Below, piece by piece: positions 44,435-54,176 of a stretch of DNA of 64,000 nt. The stretch is from Candidatus Oxydemutatoraceae bacterium. GTDB lineage: Bacteria; Pseudomonadota; Gammaproteobacteria; Poriferisulfidales; Oxydemutatoraceae. Both the position numbers and the translations under genes were made by a program. Below the pieces are notes generated by a model. That model worked only from the letters and a program-made list of their open reading frames with translations. It did not search any database and was not told the origin of the DNA. The stretch covers positions 1,120,001 to 1,184,000 of the forward strand of contig OZ244717.1 in the NCBI GenBank assembly GCA_965218975.1, written 5' to 3'. Within the stretch, counting starts at the first letter, position 1. Each line of letters opens with the position of its first letter.

Positions 44435-44692
44435 AGGGTGAGACGCGCTCGGAAAACCGATCGGTTTTCAGCGGCGAACGACCCGACAAGGACGTCGAGG
44501 CTGGCGCTTATTGACAGAACCAAGTCTCGTCATGGACGAGCAGGGTGAGACGCGCTCGGAAAACCGATCGGTTTTCAGCGGCGAACGACCCGACAAGGAC
44601 GTCGGGGCTGGCGCTTATTGACAGAACCAAGTCTCGTCATGGACGACAGGCACTTTGCCGACAATCCGGCAGCAAACACAAAATGGTTTCAT
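44435..44692 (+). repeat. Structured element copies E1 (truncated) and E2 (core 44546-44662), tandem with 107-bp period
   Basis: AGGGTGAGACGCG...GAAAACCGATCGGTTTTC...CCCGACAAGGACGTCGGG...CGTCATGGACGA repeated. Confidence 0.95.
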
Positions 44693-45030
44693 CAGCTCAA
44701 AGACTTTACTGCTGCCGAAATTCTGCCAGGCGCAGGAATGCGGCTGCGTTGCGGCTGTTACAGCGGTTGGTTGCCACTGCTATTGCCATTCGGGTATAGA
44801 CATCGATGGCCGTTAAGACGTAGCGGCGCACTCCGTGCTGATCACGCACAATCGTATCCAGGGCGATGCAATGCCCCGGATACTGTGCTTTGAAGTGTTT
44901 CGGCTTGCGTGCCCTGTAACGGCGCTTAAACGGTCGTTTTGTTTGTCCTTTGGCATTCAGCCGCTGCGGAATACAGCGTATTTTATCCGGCGCATCTGCG
45001 ATCAGGCGCGCAATCGTGCGGACACTCGGG

Positions 45031-45289
45031 CAGGGTGAGACGCGCCCGGAAAACCGACTGGTTTTCAGCGGTGAACGACCCGACAAGGACGTCGGGGCTG
45101 GCGCTTATTGACAGAACCAAGTCTCGTCATGGACGAGCAGGGTGAGACGCGCCCGGAAAACCGATCGGTTTTCAGCGGCGAACGACCCGACAAGGACGTC
45201 GGGGCTGGCGCTTATTGACAGAACCAAGTCTCGTCATGGACGACAGGCACTTTGCCGACAATCCGGCAACAAACACAAAACGGTTTCAT
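45031..45289 (+). repeat. Structured element copies E3 (truncated) and E4 (core 45143-45259)
   Basis: Near-identical to E1+E2, offset by 597 bp. Confidence 0.95.
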
Positions 45290-45334
45290 CAGCTCAAAGA
45301 TTTTACTGCTGCCGAGATTCGGATAAGCCTGGCG

Positions 45335-45483
45335 CAGGGTGAGACGCGCCCGGAAAACCAATTGGTTTTCAGCGGTGAACGACCCGACAAGGACGTCGGG
45401 GCTGGAGCTTGTTGACAGAACCCAGTCGCGTCATGGACGACAGGCACTTTGCCGACAATCCGGCACAAGCGCAAAACGGTTTC
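45335..45483 (+). repeat. Structured element copy E5 (core 45340-45456)
   Basis: Diverged copy with palindrome GAAAACCAATTGGTTTTC. Confidence 0.95.
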
Positions 45484-45985
45484 GTGCTGAATCGGTTGCG
45501 GCCAGACCCGCTGGCGCCTCTTACGCGGCGCTTTGCTGCGATCATGTAAGGCGCTGAGGCCAGTGCAGCGATAACGCCGGCGCCAGCGGTACAAAGTACT
45601 GCGACCGATCTTGAATGCGTTCGGGAGTTACAACCCTCCCAAAATAATAGGGCATCATATTTCTGTTGAGCCGTTGTGTTCATGAGCCTCTATTTTTGAA
45701 GCAAAATTGGCTATTTTATAGAAACCTTTGATGCGGTGGCCGATGTGCTGATATTGCATATCGGTTACCTTTTTGAGTCGTGCCGTGAATCCCACATGTA
45801 TCTGGCACTGTACAGTGTCCAATACATCCCGGACAAATGAGGGAGTGTCGGGTAATGACTTGAACGACACAGTGTCCGACATGCTTGGCATCGGCTTTGC
45901 GATTGAGACGCGGGGAGTATTTTCTTTTAATGACACCGAATTAGTGTAGCAGTTACCTAATCACTTCATTAAATGTGTTAGTATT

Positions 45986-46023
45986 AAAAAGGGAGGATAA
46001 GCGATTAGAAAATCTCCTATCCT
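45986..46023 (-). terminator. Possible terminator downstream of the garR-like gene
   Basis: Minus-strand interrupted stem AGGATAG..GATT/AATC..TTATCCT followed by CCCTTTTT. Confidence 0.35.
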
Positions 46024-46171
46024 TCAAGCCAACAGATTTCGAACAAGCGATTGACTGCTAGCTTCCACTAGTAAAATTCCTCTGAGCGTGTACTTTAAAT
46101 ATTCAACCGGAACGGAAAAATTCTTTTTGGACGGCGATATCGCAGTTTTAGGTTTCGTAGTTTCCGTTGCA

Positions 46172-47080
46172 CTAAACTTTGCTCCCATTATGTGGTCGTT
46201 CCGTACGGCAATGCGCACGGACGACTTTTGCGATTGCGGCAGAGTCCGATTCACCGTGACCGTTCTCGATTAATTCGACAAGGTATTTATAAGCCAACGC
46301 CGTTCCGGTAAGTTCAATATTCATGCTATCGGCAGTGGCAGCAGTATTTTTTAAATCTTTCAAGTGGAGGCGTGCCTTGAATCCTGGCGTATAATTTTGC
46401 GTCAACATTTTTTCTCCGTGCGTTTCGAGAATACGGCTGTAAGCAAAACCACCGAGTAAAGCTTGCCGCACTTGTGCGGGATCAACATCTGCGGCGGCGG
46501 CAAATTCGAATGCTTCGGCAACGGCGATCATGGTTTGTGCAACGATTAGTTGATTACAAGCTTTTGCTATTTGCCCGGCGCCGTGGTTGCCGATGCGAAC
46601 AATATTTCCCCCAAGTATCTTGAGTAAAGGCAACGCGCTTTGAAATGTTTCTTGAAGACCTCCGACCATAATTGAGAGAGTTCCGTCAATTGCTCCTTGT
46701 TCACCGCCTGAAACCGGTGCGTCAAGAAAGTCAATTCCGCGCGCACCCAATCGAGCGGCAATCTGTCGCGTTGCGACGGGCGAGATAGTGCTCATATCAA
46801 TGATAATGCTTCCCTTCGAAGCACCGTGTATAATGCTGTCGGAATGTTTAATGGTCACTTCTTCCACGTCTGCGGTGTCAGATACCATCACGATACAAAA
46901 ACGGGCCTGTTCTACCGCATCTTTCGGTGTTGGGCAGGGTATTGCCCCCATTTCAATTGATAATTCTTCGTTTTTCCGATTTCGCGCATAGGTAAAAATT
47001 TTGTGTCCCGCTTTAAGAAGATTGTGCGCCATGGGCTTTCCCATAATGCCGAGACCAATAAAAGCTATTTTTTCGGGCAT
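46172..47080 (-). CDS. 2-hydroxy-3-oxopropionate (tartronate semialdehyde) reductase, GarR/GlxR beta-hydroxyacid dehydrogenase family
   Basis: IAFIGLGIMGKPMA, DMSTI, LDAPVSGG, GQIAKACNQ, GFKARLHLKD. Confidence 0.88.
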   Translation of the reverse strand: MPEKIAFIGLGIMGKPMAHNLLKAGHKIFTYARNRKNEELSIEMGAIPCPTPKDAVEQARFCIVMVSDTADVEEVTIKHSDSIIHGASKGSIIIDMSTISPVATRQIAARLGARGIDFLDAPVSGGEQGAIDGTLSIMVGGLQETFQSALPLLKILGGNIVRIGNHGAGQIAKACNQLIVAQTMIAVAEAFEFAAAADVDPAQVRQALLGGFAYSRILETHGEKMLTQNYTPGFKARLHLKDLKNTAATADSMNIELTGTALAYKYLVELIENGHGESDSAAIAKVVRAHCRTERPHNGSKV

Positions 47081-47100
47081 TTAGACCTCCGGTTTTTTAT

Positions 47101-48129
47101 ATGAAGGTGTATTTTAGTCAGTTGCAGTCAAAACTGGATAAGGAATTAGCGCCGGTTTATTTAATTGCCGGTAATGAACCGCTGCAACGCATGGAGGCCT
47201 CCGATATGGTTCGAACTGCCGCGCGTACACGGGGTTTTACTGAGCGGAGTTTGTTTTTTGGTGACCAAATTTCTGATTGGGTTAAATTCAAAGCAGAAGT
47301 TTCAAATGTCTCGATATTTGCCGATAAGCGTTTGTTTGAAGTGATATTGGGAGAAAACAAGCCTAAAACTGTAGCAAGTGAGTTCTTTAAAACTTATGTT
47401 GAAGATCTGCCGTCGCATACTATCTTATTGATACGTGCCGATAAGGTTGACAGGCGTCTTACGTGGGTGAAGCAAATTGAAAAACTAGGTGTTACGGTTC
47501 AAGTTTACCCTAAGACATTGAATGAGATGCGGGCATGGTTGCGCGAACGTATGTTACGTGCCAATTTAAAAATGGAAGAGCATGTTGTTGAATTAATTTC
47601 AGAACGAACGGAAGGGAATATGCTTGCCGCAGCGCAGGAAGTCACCAAGTTAGAATTGTTATGCGAGGGAGGCATAGTGCGTCGCCAAGATGTTGAAAAA
47701 TTTGTCGGAATCAGTTCAAAATTCACCGTTTATGAGTTGGCAGATGCCGCCTGTGCCGGCGATGTGGAAAGATCTTTGCAAATTATGTATAGTTTGCAAA
47801 TTGACAACAGTCCCTTACCTTTAGTTTTATGGGCGATTGTGGCAGAAATCCGTAAAATGATAACGCTGGAGCAACGTTTGGAAAACGGCGAGAAAATGGA
47901 GCTTGTTCTGCGCGGCGAATGGCTTAATCGGCGGGCACAAGTGCGTAATGTGCTAAATAGGAAACTAGGTAAAAAATGGCAGAATACATTGTACTGGTGC
48001 GCAGAAATGGATAAAGCGATTAAAGGGCTAGGCGATGACGATGCTTGGAATGAGCTGTTACAGCTCATACTGAAAATTTGCGGCGTAAGAAGTTTATCAA
48101 AGCGTACGCTTGTGGCGTCGCGAATTTAA
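47101..48129 (+). CDS. holA: DNA polymerase III subunit delta
   Basis: [26 protein letters not shown]; leuS-lptE-holA-nadD synteny. Confidence 0.92.
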   Translation: MKVYFSQLQSKLDKELAPVYLIAGNEPLQRMEASDMVRTAARTRGFTERSLFFGDQISDWVKFKAEVSNVSIFADKRLFEVILGENKPKTVASEFFKTYVEDLPSHTILLIRADKVDRRLTWVKQIEKLGVTVQVYPKTLNEMRAWLRERMLRANLKMEEHVVELISERTEGNMLAAAQEVTKLELLCEGGIVRRQDVEKFVGISSKFTVYELADAACAGDVERSLQIMYSLQIDNSPLPLVLWAIVAEIRKMITLEQRLENGEKMELVLRGEWLNRRAQVRNVLNRKLGKKWQNTLYWCAEMDKAIKGLGDDDAWNELLQLILKICGVRSLSKRTLVASRI

Positions 48130-49403
48130 TGATAGTTAAGCAAGCAGTGCAATCACCGGAATCAGTTGAAAGTTTAATTCGAAAAGTCAGCGATGCCACT
48201 CAAGTATTGGCAGTCGCTGATACTGCGCAGAAGAATATCGCTTTAGAAGCCATCGCCTCACGGATTGAATCGTCTCGCGAACGATTGTTGGCGGCAAATG
48301 AGAAGGACTTGACGGCGGCGCGTGGTCGGAAAATTGATGCGGCAATGACGGATCGTTTGGTGTTAAATGATCAGCGGATTCAAGCTATGGTGGAAGGATT
48401 GCGGCAAATAGCTGTTTTGCCCGACCCGGTCGGCGAAATTGGCAAGACTCGGCAACGCCCGTCAGGAATTCGTTTGGCAACTATGCGTGTTCCATTGGGT
48501 GTCATCGGGATTATTTATGAATCGCGCCCCAATGTAACTGCCGATGCGGCAGGTTTATGTTTGAAGTCCGGTAATGCAGTGGTATTACGCGGTGGGTCGG
48601 AAGCAATTCATTCGAATTGCGCCATTGCCGATTGCATCGGCGAAGGTCTTACCGAAGCGAATTTGCCGGTTGATTGTGTCGGCTTAATCCGGACGACTGA
48701 TCGCGCTGCGGTCGCTAGCTTACTGCAATGCGATACGATGGTTGATGTGATTATTCCGCGCGGAGGGAAGTCCTTGATTGAAAGGGTTATGCGCGAGTCA
48801 AAAATTCCGGTGATTAAACATTTGGACGGCATTTGTCACACTTACATTGATTGTGATGCGGATTTTGACAAAGCGCTTGCGATTTCGATCAATGCTAAGA
48901 CGCATCGTTACGGTGTCTGCAATGCAATGGAAACTTTGCTGATTGATCAGACAATCGCCGACCGATTTCTTCCGCAGGTAGCGGATGCGTTGCGAGCGAA
49001 AGGGGTAGAGTTGCGCGGCTGCTCGCGCAGCCGCGAAATTGATGGCTCTTTGATATCGGCGACAGAGGAGGATTGGCGCACTGAATATTTATCGCCAATC
49101 CTATCGATAAGAATTGTGTCAGGTGTGGAGCAAGCAATTGAACACATCCAAACATACGGATCGCATCATACCGATGCGATCGTCACTGAAAATTCCGATC
49201 ATGCGAAGAATTTTTTACGAAAAGTTGATTCCAGTTCCGTAATGGTAAATGCTTCGACACGATTTGCCGATGGCTTTGAATATGGGTTGGGGGCTGAGAT
49301 TGGGATCAGTACTGATAAGTTGCATGTGCGCGGACCGGTGGGACTTGTCGGTTTAACGACGAGAAAGTACGTCGTTTTCGGCGATGGACATATTCGCGAG
49401 TGA
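48129..49403 (+). CDS. proA: Glutamate-5-semialdehyde dehydrogenase
   Basis: [38 protein letters not shown]. Confidence 0.97.
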   Translation: MIVKQAVQSPESVESLIRKVSDATQVLAVADTAQKNIALEAIASRIESSRERLLAANEKDLTAARGRKIDAAMTDRLVLNDQRIQAMVEGLRQIAVLPDPVGEIGKTRQRPSGIRLATMRVPLGVIGIIYESRPNVTADAAGLCLKSGNAVVLRGGSEAIHSNCAIADCIGEGLTEANLPVDCVGLIRTTDRAAVASLLQCDTMVDVIIPRGGKSLIERVMRESKIPVIKHLDGICHTYIDCDADFDKALAISINAKTHRYGVCNAMETLLIDQTIADRFLPQVADALRAKGVELRGCSRSREIDGSLISATEEDWRTEYLSPILSIRIVSGVEQAIEHIQTYGSHHTDAIVTENSDHAKNFLRKVDSSSVMVNASTRFADGFEYGLGAEIGISTDKLHVRGPVGLVGLTTRKYVVFGDGHIRE

Positions 49404-50038
49404 AGCAACAGCTGACGGTCGTTTTCGGAGGAGCATTTGACCCTGTACACTTCGGTCACATTAAGCCGCTTCTTGAGCTGTCAAAATGTTTACCGGCTTC
49501 ACGAATTCTATTTCTACCGTGCTATCGGCAGGCAGATAAATTACCGCTGGCAAGTTCGATACATCGTCTTGCAATGCTGCGGTTGGTTATCCGCCCTCCG
49601 CAATTGCTTGTCGATACACGTGAACTGGATAAGCAAAGTATTTGTTATACCGTCGATGCTTTAACCGAGTTTCGCGAGGAGCTTGGCGCACGTCATCCTA
49701 TCTGCTTTATGCTTGGTCAGGATGCATTCGCCCAGATTCAGGCATGGGAGCGCTACGAGCGGATTATCGATCTTGCTCACTTGATTGTGACGGTGCGTCC
49801 GGAATCCGATGTTGTGAAAAGCCATCCTTTATTAGAGTGCCGTGGCGGATGGTCACCGCTGGCGGCGTTGTATGATGCGCCTGCCGGTAAGCTATGTCGG
49901 TTTCGAAATCAACCGATTGCTGTGTCTTCAGGTCAAGTGCGTGAATGCTTGATGTATGGCGAGCAGCCGAAATATCTTTTGCCCGGTGCGGTCTGGAATT
50001 ATATTCGTCGGCACAAACTGTATTCAACGACGCATTAA
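49400..50038 (+). CDS. nadD: Nicotinate-nucleotide adenylyltransferase
   Basis: [21 protein letters not shown]; operon position. Confidence 0.92.
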   Translation: MKQQLTVVFGGAFDPVHFGHIKPLLELSKCLPASRILFLPCYRQADKLPLASSIHRLAMLRLVIRPPQLLVDTRELDKQSICYTVDALTEFREELGARHPICFMLGQDAFAQIQAWERYERIIDLAHLIVTVRPESDVVKSHPLLECRGGWSPLAALYDAPAGKLCRFRNQPIAVSSGQVRECLMYGEQPKYLLPGAVWNYIRRHKLYSTTH

Positions 50039-50388
50039 TGTTAGGCAAGATATTAAAAGACTGCGTCGTTGCTTCATTAAAAGACATGAAAGCACGCGAT
50101 ATTACAGTCATTGATGTGCGTGGAAAGACTTCTATTACCGATTTTATTATCATTGCAACCGGTTCTTCCGATCGCCATGCAAAAGCGGTCGCGCAAAAGT
50201 TGATTAGAGATATAAAAAAACTAGGAACGAAACCGCTGGGCATCGAGGGCATCGATACGCCATCGTGGATATTGATTGATCTCGGTGACATTGTTGTACA
50301 TGTAATGCAGTTGGCGGCACGCACATTTTATGACATTGAACAATTGTGGCAAATGAACTTTATGGAAAGCCATGAGCACACGGGATGA
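50038..50388 (+). CDS. rsfS: Ribosome silencing factor
   Basis: DMKARDI, IATGSS.RH, WILIDLGDIVVHVM..R.FYDIEQLW. Confidence 0.96.
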   Translation: MLGKILKDCVVASLKDMKARDITVIDVRGKTSITDFIIIATGSSDRHAKAVAQKLIRDIKKLGTKPLGIEGIDTPSWILIDLGDIVVHVMQLAARTFYDIEQLWQMNFMESHEHTG

Positions 50389-50432
50389 TTATTTTTTCCA
50401 TATCGTGAGTTTAAAAGAATCTGTTTTTTCGC

Positions 50433-53400
50433 ATGTTTAGCAGGGAAAATTTGATGAACCGTTTTATTTGGTTTATCCCTTTTATACTCGCAGTATTTGC
50501 ATTAATCAGTCTGTCCGTAAGAATGCTATTTCCGCACATTGATTTTTACAAAGATGAACTAGCAGGCGAATTATCGAAAGTTATCGCCTTACCGGTAACC
50601 GTCGGCGCGATTGAATCTTACATTCGCGGTTATACTCCGTTGGTGGCGGTATCGGATGTCACAATCGGGGATTCTGCCAATGATGAATTTCTGCATTTTG
50701 CCCGCTTGGAATTTGAATTGGATATTTGGCGTTCTCTATTGGCGCGACAAGTAGTGGTCCAATCTTTGATCGCTGAAAGCAGCCAATTGGATTTTGTGCG
50801 CAGCCAAGATGGTGCGATGCATCTAAGCGGTATTTTGGCGGCATTCACATTTGATGGGGACCGCATACCGATCCGCCTTCCTGAAATTCTATTTCTCAAT
50901 ACTCGCTTGCGATGGCATAATCAAACCACCGGGAAGCGATATTTATTGCTCGCTGACCGGTTACAATTTATTTCAAACGAACAACGGCATTACGTGGAAG
51001 CTTCGGTTCATTTGCCTGAAGAACTAGGTAAACGATTAAACTTCACTGCCGATTTTAACGGTATTTTGAATCAACCGGACACATGGACGGGGCGTTTCTA
51101 TCTGCAATCGAAGGCAATGATCATCGACGAATGGTTATCGGCTGTATCTTTGCCGCTAGGTTATGCGGGTAATGTTGAAGTATCGATATGGGGCAACATT
51201 GATTCGCAAGAGCAAGCTTGGGTAGCCGGCAGTATTCACTGTAGTCAATGTGTGTCGCCATATTGGGAGAAGGCGGATTTTTCCGGCTCATTCTACGGAG
51301 AACGAGACCACGTAAATTGGCGAGTTGCTTTGTCCGATGTTGCATTGAATATTTCTACTTTTCGATTGCAAGAGGCAAGCTTTGTATTTAGAAAAAAACA
51401 TGAGTCACCGCTGTTTGATTATGCAATAGAGTTACCACACTTCACTGATTACCATATCGACAGCCTATATCCGCTCCTAGAATTAGAAAAGCACGATAAG
51501 CAGGTTTCTTTGCAATCGGAATCCGGCACATTATCAATTGTCGCACGTGCCGTCAGCCCGAGAATATCTGCGTTTAATGAAAAGGATTTTATGTTTGAAC
51601 TGGCTCGTGCGGTGCAATCAATACAATACCTACACGGCAAACTACGGATGCAAAAAGCGCAGTTTTCTTTACCGCAGTGGAGGCAAGAATTTGATGAAAT
51701 CTCTGCTACGGTGCGTTTCGCACAATCGGGTGATGATAGGGTTTTGTTACTTGACCGGATTGCATTGACGCAGGACGGTGCACAACTGGGCGGCAGCGCC
51801 GGTTGGATAGCCGGAGAAAATGATTCCGGTCACTTGAAAGCGGGGGTAGACATTAACAATTTTCCGCTTTCACGCACTTCACAATGGGTGCCACACAACA
51901 AAATACATCCGAAGCTTTCCGAATGGCTTAAACGTGCCTTTGTGCGCGGTAATTTGTCGAGAGGACGAATTGAAATTGACGGCAAGCTTGCGGAGTTTCC
52001 ATTCGTTGACAGTAATGGTCGTCTATCCTTCACCGCAGATTTGCGCGGTATGGAAATTAATTATCGCAAACAAAGGAAACCTTTTAAAAACGTCAATGCT
52101 CGCTTGATGATCAATGGCACTTCGCTTTTAGTGACTGTATCCGACCTGGATTATTACAGTATGCATTCGAGTTACGCGACGGCACGGATTAATAATGTTC
52201 TCCGACCGTATCTTGAAGTTGAAGCCTCAGCAGACGGACCTTTGGAGGATATTATTGCGTACGCATTGCAGGCAAAATTAATTGACCAAGACAGTTTGCT
52301 GATGCAAAGTATGGATTTTTTCGGGAATGTCGGTTTGAAATTATCAGTCGGCGCACCATTAAGGAAAACTGTCGATAGACCGGCAACAATTGACGGAGTC
52401 ATATACTTTGATCACGCATCAATTGCTATTCCGGACCTGGGATTGGAGTTTGCCGAAATTAAAGGTAATTTGAATTTTGACGCTACGGGAGGACAGTCGG
52501 ATCGCTTAACCGCTGTTGTGGATAGTTTGTCTCTAACTGCCAGTGCACAACCGACGGGAGATGGAACAATTTTGAGCATGCGCGGCGGTTTGCCTTCCAG
52601 ATTCTTTACCGATAGATTTCCGCAGAAATGGCAAAGCTATTTCGATGGAACTTCTTTGTGGGAAGCGCAGGTGACTATTCCCAATCCGCGACATGCCAAA
52701 AGGGAAGGAGAAGAGCTTGCGCTGCAAATGCAATCGGATCTTATGGGTACTGCGGTGAGTTTGCCATCGCCTTTTTTAAAATCCGCTGATGAGAAACGCT
52801 TATTTAAATTAGAGTTTCAGGCGAATAATCAAGGCGGCAAATATCGGATCCGATACGGTGATTTTAGTGGCAATTTTGAATATAGGAATGGGGAACTAAC
52901 ATTAGCTCATGTCCGTTTTGGCAACGGTGAGCCTTTGTCGACCAACACTGCGTACTCGGTCGGAGGGAAGATTAGGCAAACTGTATTAATTGATCAGTGG
53001 TTACGCTTAAAAGAACAAACTGAAGGGATGTTGTCTCCTTTATATATTGATCTGGATTTTAATCGACTGGTTTGGGGCGGTAATGATTTTGGCAGAAGTC
53101 GTATTAATGTCAATTTACCCACCCAACGGCACTGGCAAGCGGAAGTCAGTTCCACGGCGGTACAAGGAAAAATTTCATCTTTACCACTGCCGGATCAGGA
53201 GTATCTGAAAGCAGATATGGATTATGTGTTATTACCGGATAGCGATATTTTTGATGGTTTGAGCGGCAAAATGAAACTTGATTCTGTTCCGATTATAGAA
53301 GTATCCGCGCAAAAGTTTCAATACGGTGATATTGAGGGAGAAGATCTGCGTTTAATCACTAGCAAACGCAAACGGGCTTTATTTGTTGATGATTTGAGCT

Positions 53401-54176
53401 TCAATGCCTCCAGCGTGCTCGTTAGCTTACAGGGGAAATGGCAGGATACGATTGCAGGCGAAATGTGTGATTTCATTTTTAGCATTCGAGGTAGAAGGTA
53501 TGACCGATTGCTCAAGTTATGGGATATCAGTGAAAGCTTACAAGACGGAGAAGGCAGTTTATCGGGTCGTTTGAAGTGGCCGGGATCGCCTAAAGATTTT
53601 TCTGTTGAAACAATGACCGGCAATATTCGGATTAATCTTGAGGACGGTGTTATTAGAAAAGTAAAACCTGGCATTACACGTTTGTTTGGTTTGGTTAACC
53701 TACAAGTGATCACTCGTCGTTTGTCATTGGATTTTGGCGATGTGTTAGAGGAAGGTTTGGCGTTTGATACGATGACCGGAACATTTGTGGCCCGGGGCGG
53801 GAATCTTCATACCAACAATTTTTTGTTGACGGGGCCGGCGCTGGAACTAACACTGGATGGTCGTGTCGGCATAATTGCTCGCGATTATGATCAATATATG
53901 GAAGTAATACCGAATCTTAGTTCCGGACTGCCGGTAGTGAGCGCCTTGCTCGGCGGACCGATTGCGGCGGCGGTAGTTATTATTGTTGAGAGAATCATCG
54001 GTTTGGGAGACGAGGTTGATAAAGCGGCCGCTCTACAATATAAAATTCACGGCAGTTGGGATGATCCTAAAGTAGAGTTTTTAGGCAACACAATGGTTGA
54101 TAAATTCAAACCTAAAGAAATCACTAATTGGGTCAAGGAAAAACTTCGGGTAAATTCTGATCGGAAGGAAAAATAA
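50433..54176 (+). CDS. yhdP: YhdP-family AsmA-like phospholipid transport protein (TIGR02099-like)
   Basis: About 1250 aa, N-terminal TM anchor, FPF....G, RRLSLDF.D, Y.I.GSWDDP. Confidence 0.85.
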   Translation: MFSRENLMNRFIWFIPFILAVFALISLSVRMLFPHIDFYKDELAGELSKVIALPVTVGAIESYIRGYTPLVAVSDVTIGDSANDEFLHFARLEFELDIWRSLLARQVVVQSLIAESSQLDFVRSQDGAMHLSGILAAFTFDGDRIPIRLPEILFLNTRLRWHNQTTGKRYLLLADRLQFISNEQRHYVEASVHLPEELGKRLNFTADFNGILNQPDTWTGRFYLQSKAMIIDEWLSAVSLPLGYAGNVEVSIWGNIDSQEQAWVAGSIHCSQCVSPYWEKADFSGSFYGERDHVNWRVALSDVALNISTFRLQEASFVFRKKHESPLFDYAIELPHFTDYHIDSLYPLLELEKHDKQVSLQSESGTLSIVARAVSPRISAFNEKDFMFELARAVQSIQYLHGKLRMQKAQFSLPQWRQEFDEISATVRFAQSGDDRVLLLDRIALTQDGAQLGGSAGWIAGENDSGHLKAGVDINNFPLSRTSQWVPHNKIHPKLSEWLKRAFVRGNLSRGRIEIDGKLAEFPFVDSNGRLSFTADLRGMEINYRKQRKPFKNVNARLMINGTSLLVTVSDLDYYSMHSSYATARINNVLRPYLEVEASADGPLEDIIAYALQAKLIDQDSLLMQSMDFFGNVGLKLSVGAPLRKTVDRPATIDGVIYFDHASIAIPDLGLEFAEIKGNLNFDATGGQSDRLTAVVDSLSLTASAQPTGDGTILSMRGGLPSRFFTDRFPQKWQSYFDGTSLWEAQVTIPNPRHAKREGEELALQMQSDLMGTAVSLPSPFLKSADEKRLFKLEFQANNQGGKYRIRYGDFSGNFEYRNGELTLAHVRFGNGEPLSTNTAYSVGGKIRQTVLIDQWLRLKEQTEGMLSPLYIDLDFNRLVWGGNDFGRSRINVNLPTQRHWQAEVSSTAVQGKISSLPLPDQEYLKADMDYVLLPDSDIFDGLSGKMKLDSVPIIEVSAQKFQYGDIEGEDLRLITSKRKRALFVDDLSFNASSVLVSLQGKWQDTIAGEMCDFIFSIRGRRYDRLLKLWDISESLQDGEGSLSGRLKWPGSPKDFSVETMTGNIRINLEDGVIRKVKPGITRLFGLVNLQVITRRLSLDFGDVLEEGLAFDTMTGTFVARGGNLHTNNFLLTGPALELTLDGRVGIIARDYDQYMEVIPNLSSGLPVVSALLGGPIAAAVVIIVERIIGLGDEVDKAAALQYKIHGSWDDPKVEFLGNTMVDKFKPKEITNWVKEKLRVNSDRKEK

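Larger units (their letters stand above)
44329..45759 (-). pseudogene. Fragmented IS481-family (integrase core) transposase
   Basis: Minus-strand pieces MQYQHIG..., STLYRW (HTH), YPNLG, KPFC, CPSVRTIARLI, ALDT...AIDVYTR and C-terminal HRPH...SHLGWHRT; frameshifts and insertions; TDNG/ERFN core missing. Confidence 0.82.
44329..45814 (-). mobile_element. Degenerate IS481-family insertion sequence carrying five copies of a 117-bp structured element
   Basis: TGT...ACA termini with imperfect TIRs TGTACGATGCCA..TGGGA (from 44329) and TCCCA..TGGCACTGTACA (to 45814); no target duplication seen. Confidence 0.8.

Noticed and set aside
44511-44540. TTGACA inside each repeat copy as a promoter
   Set aside because: No plausible -10 hexamer at 16-18 bp spacing, and the hexamer is altered in E6.
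44435-45483. CRISPR array interpretation of the repeat cluster
   Set aside because: Units are 107-150 bp, intervals are irregular and consist of transposase fragments, and there are no cas genes in the window.
44435-45483. Integron attC cassette array
   Set aside because: No RYYYAAC/GTTRRRY core sites bound the units, there are no cassette ORFs and no integrase.
45815-45890. AGTGTC-led motifs just outside the IS481 end as another IS terminus
   Set aside because: The three short motifs have no matching partner end or transposase that I could find.
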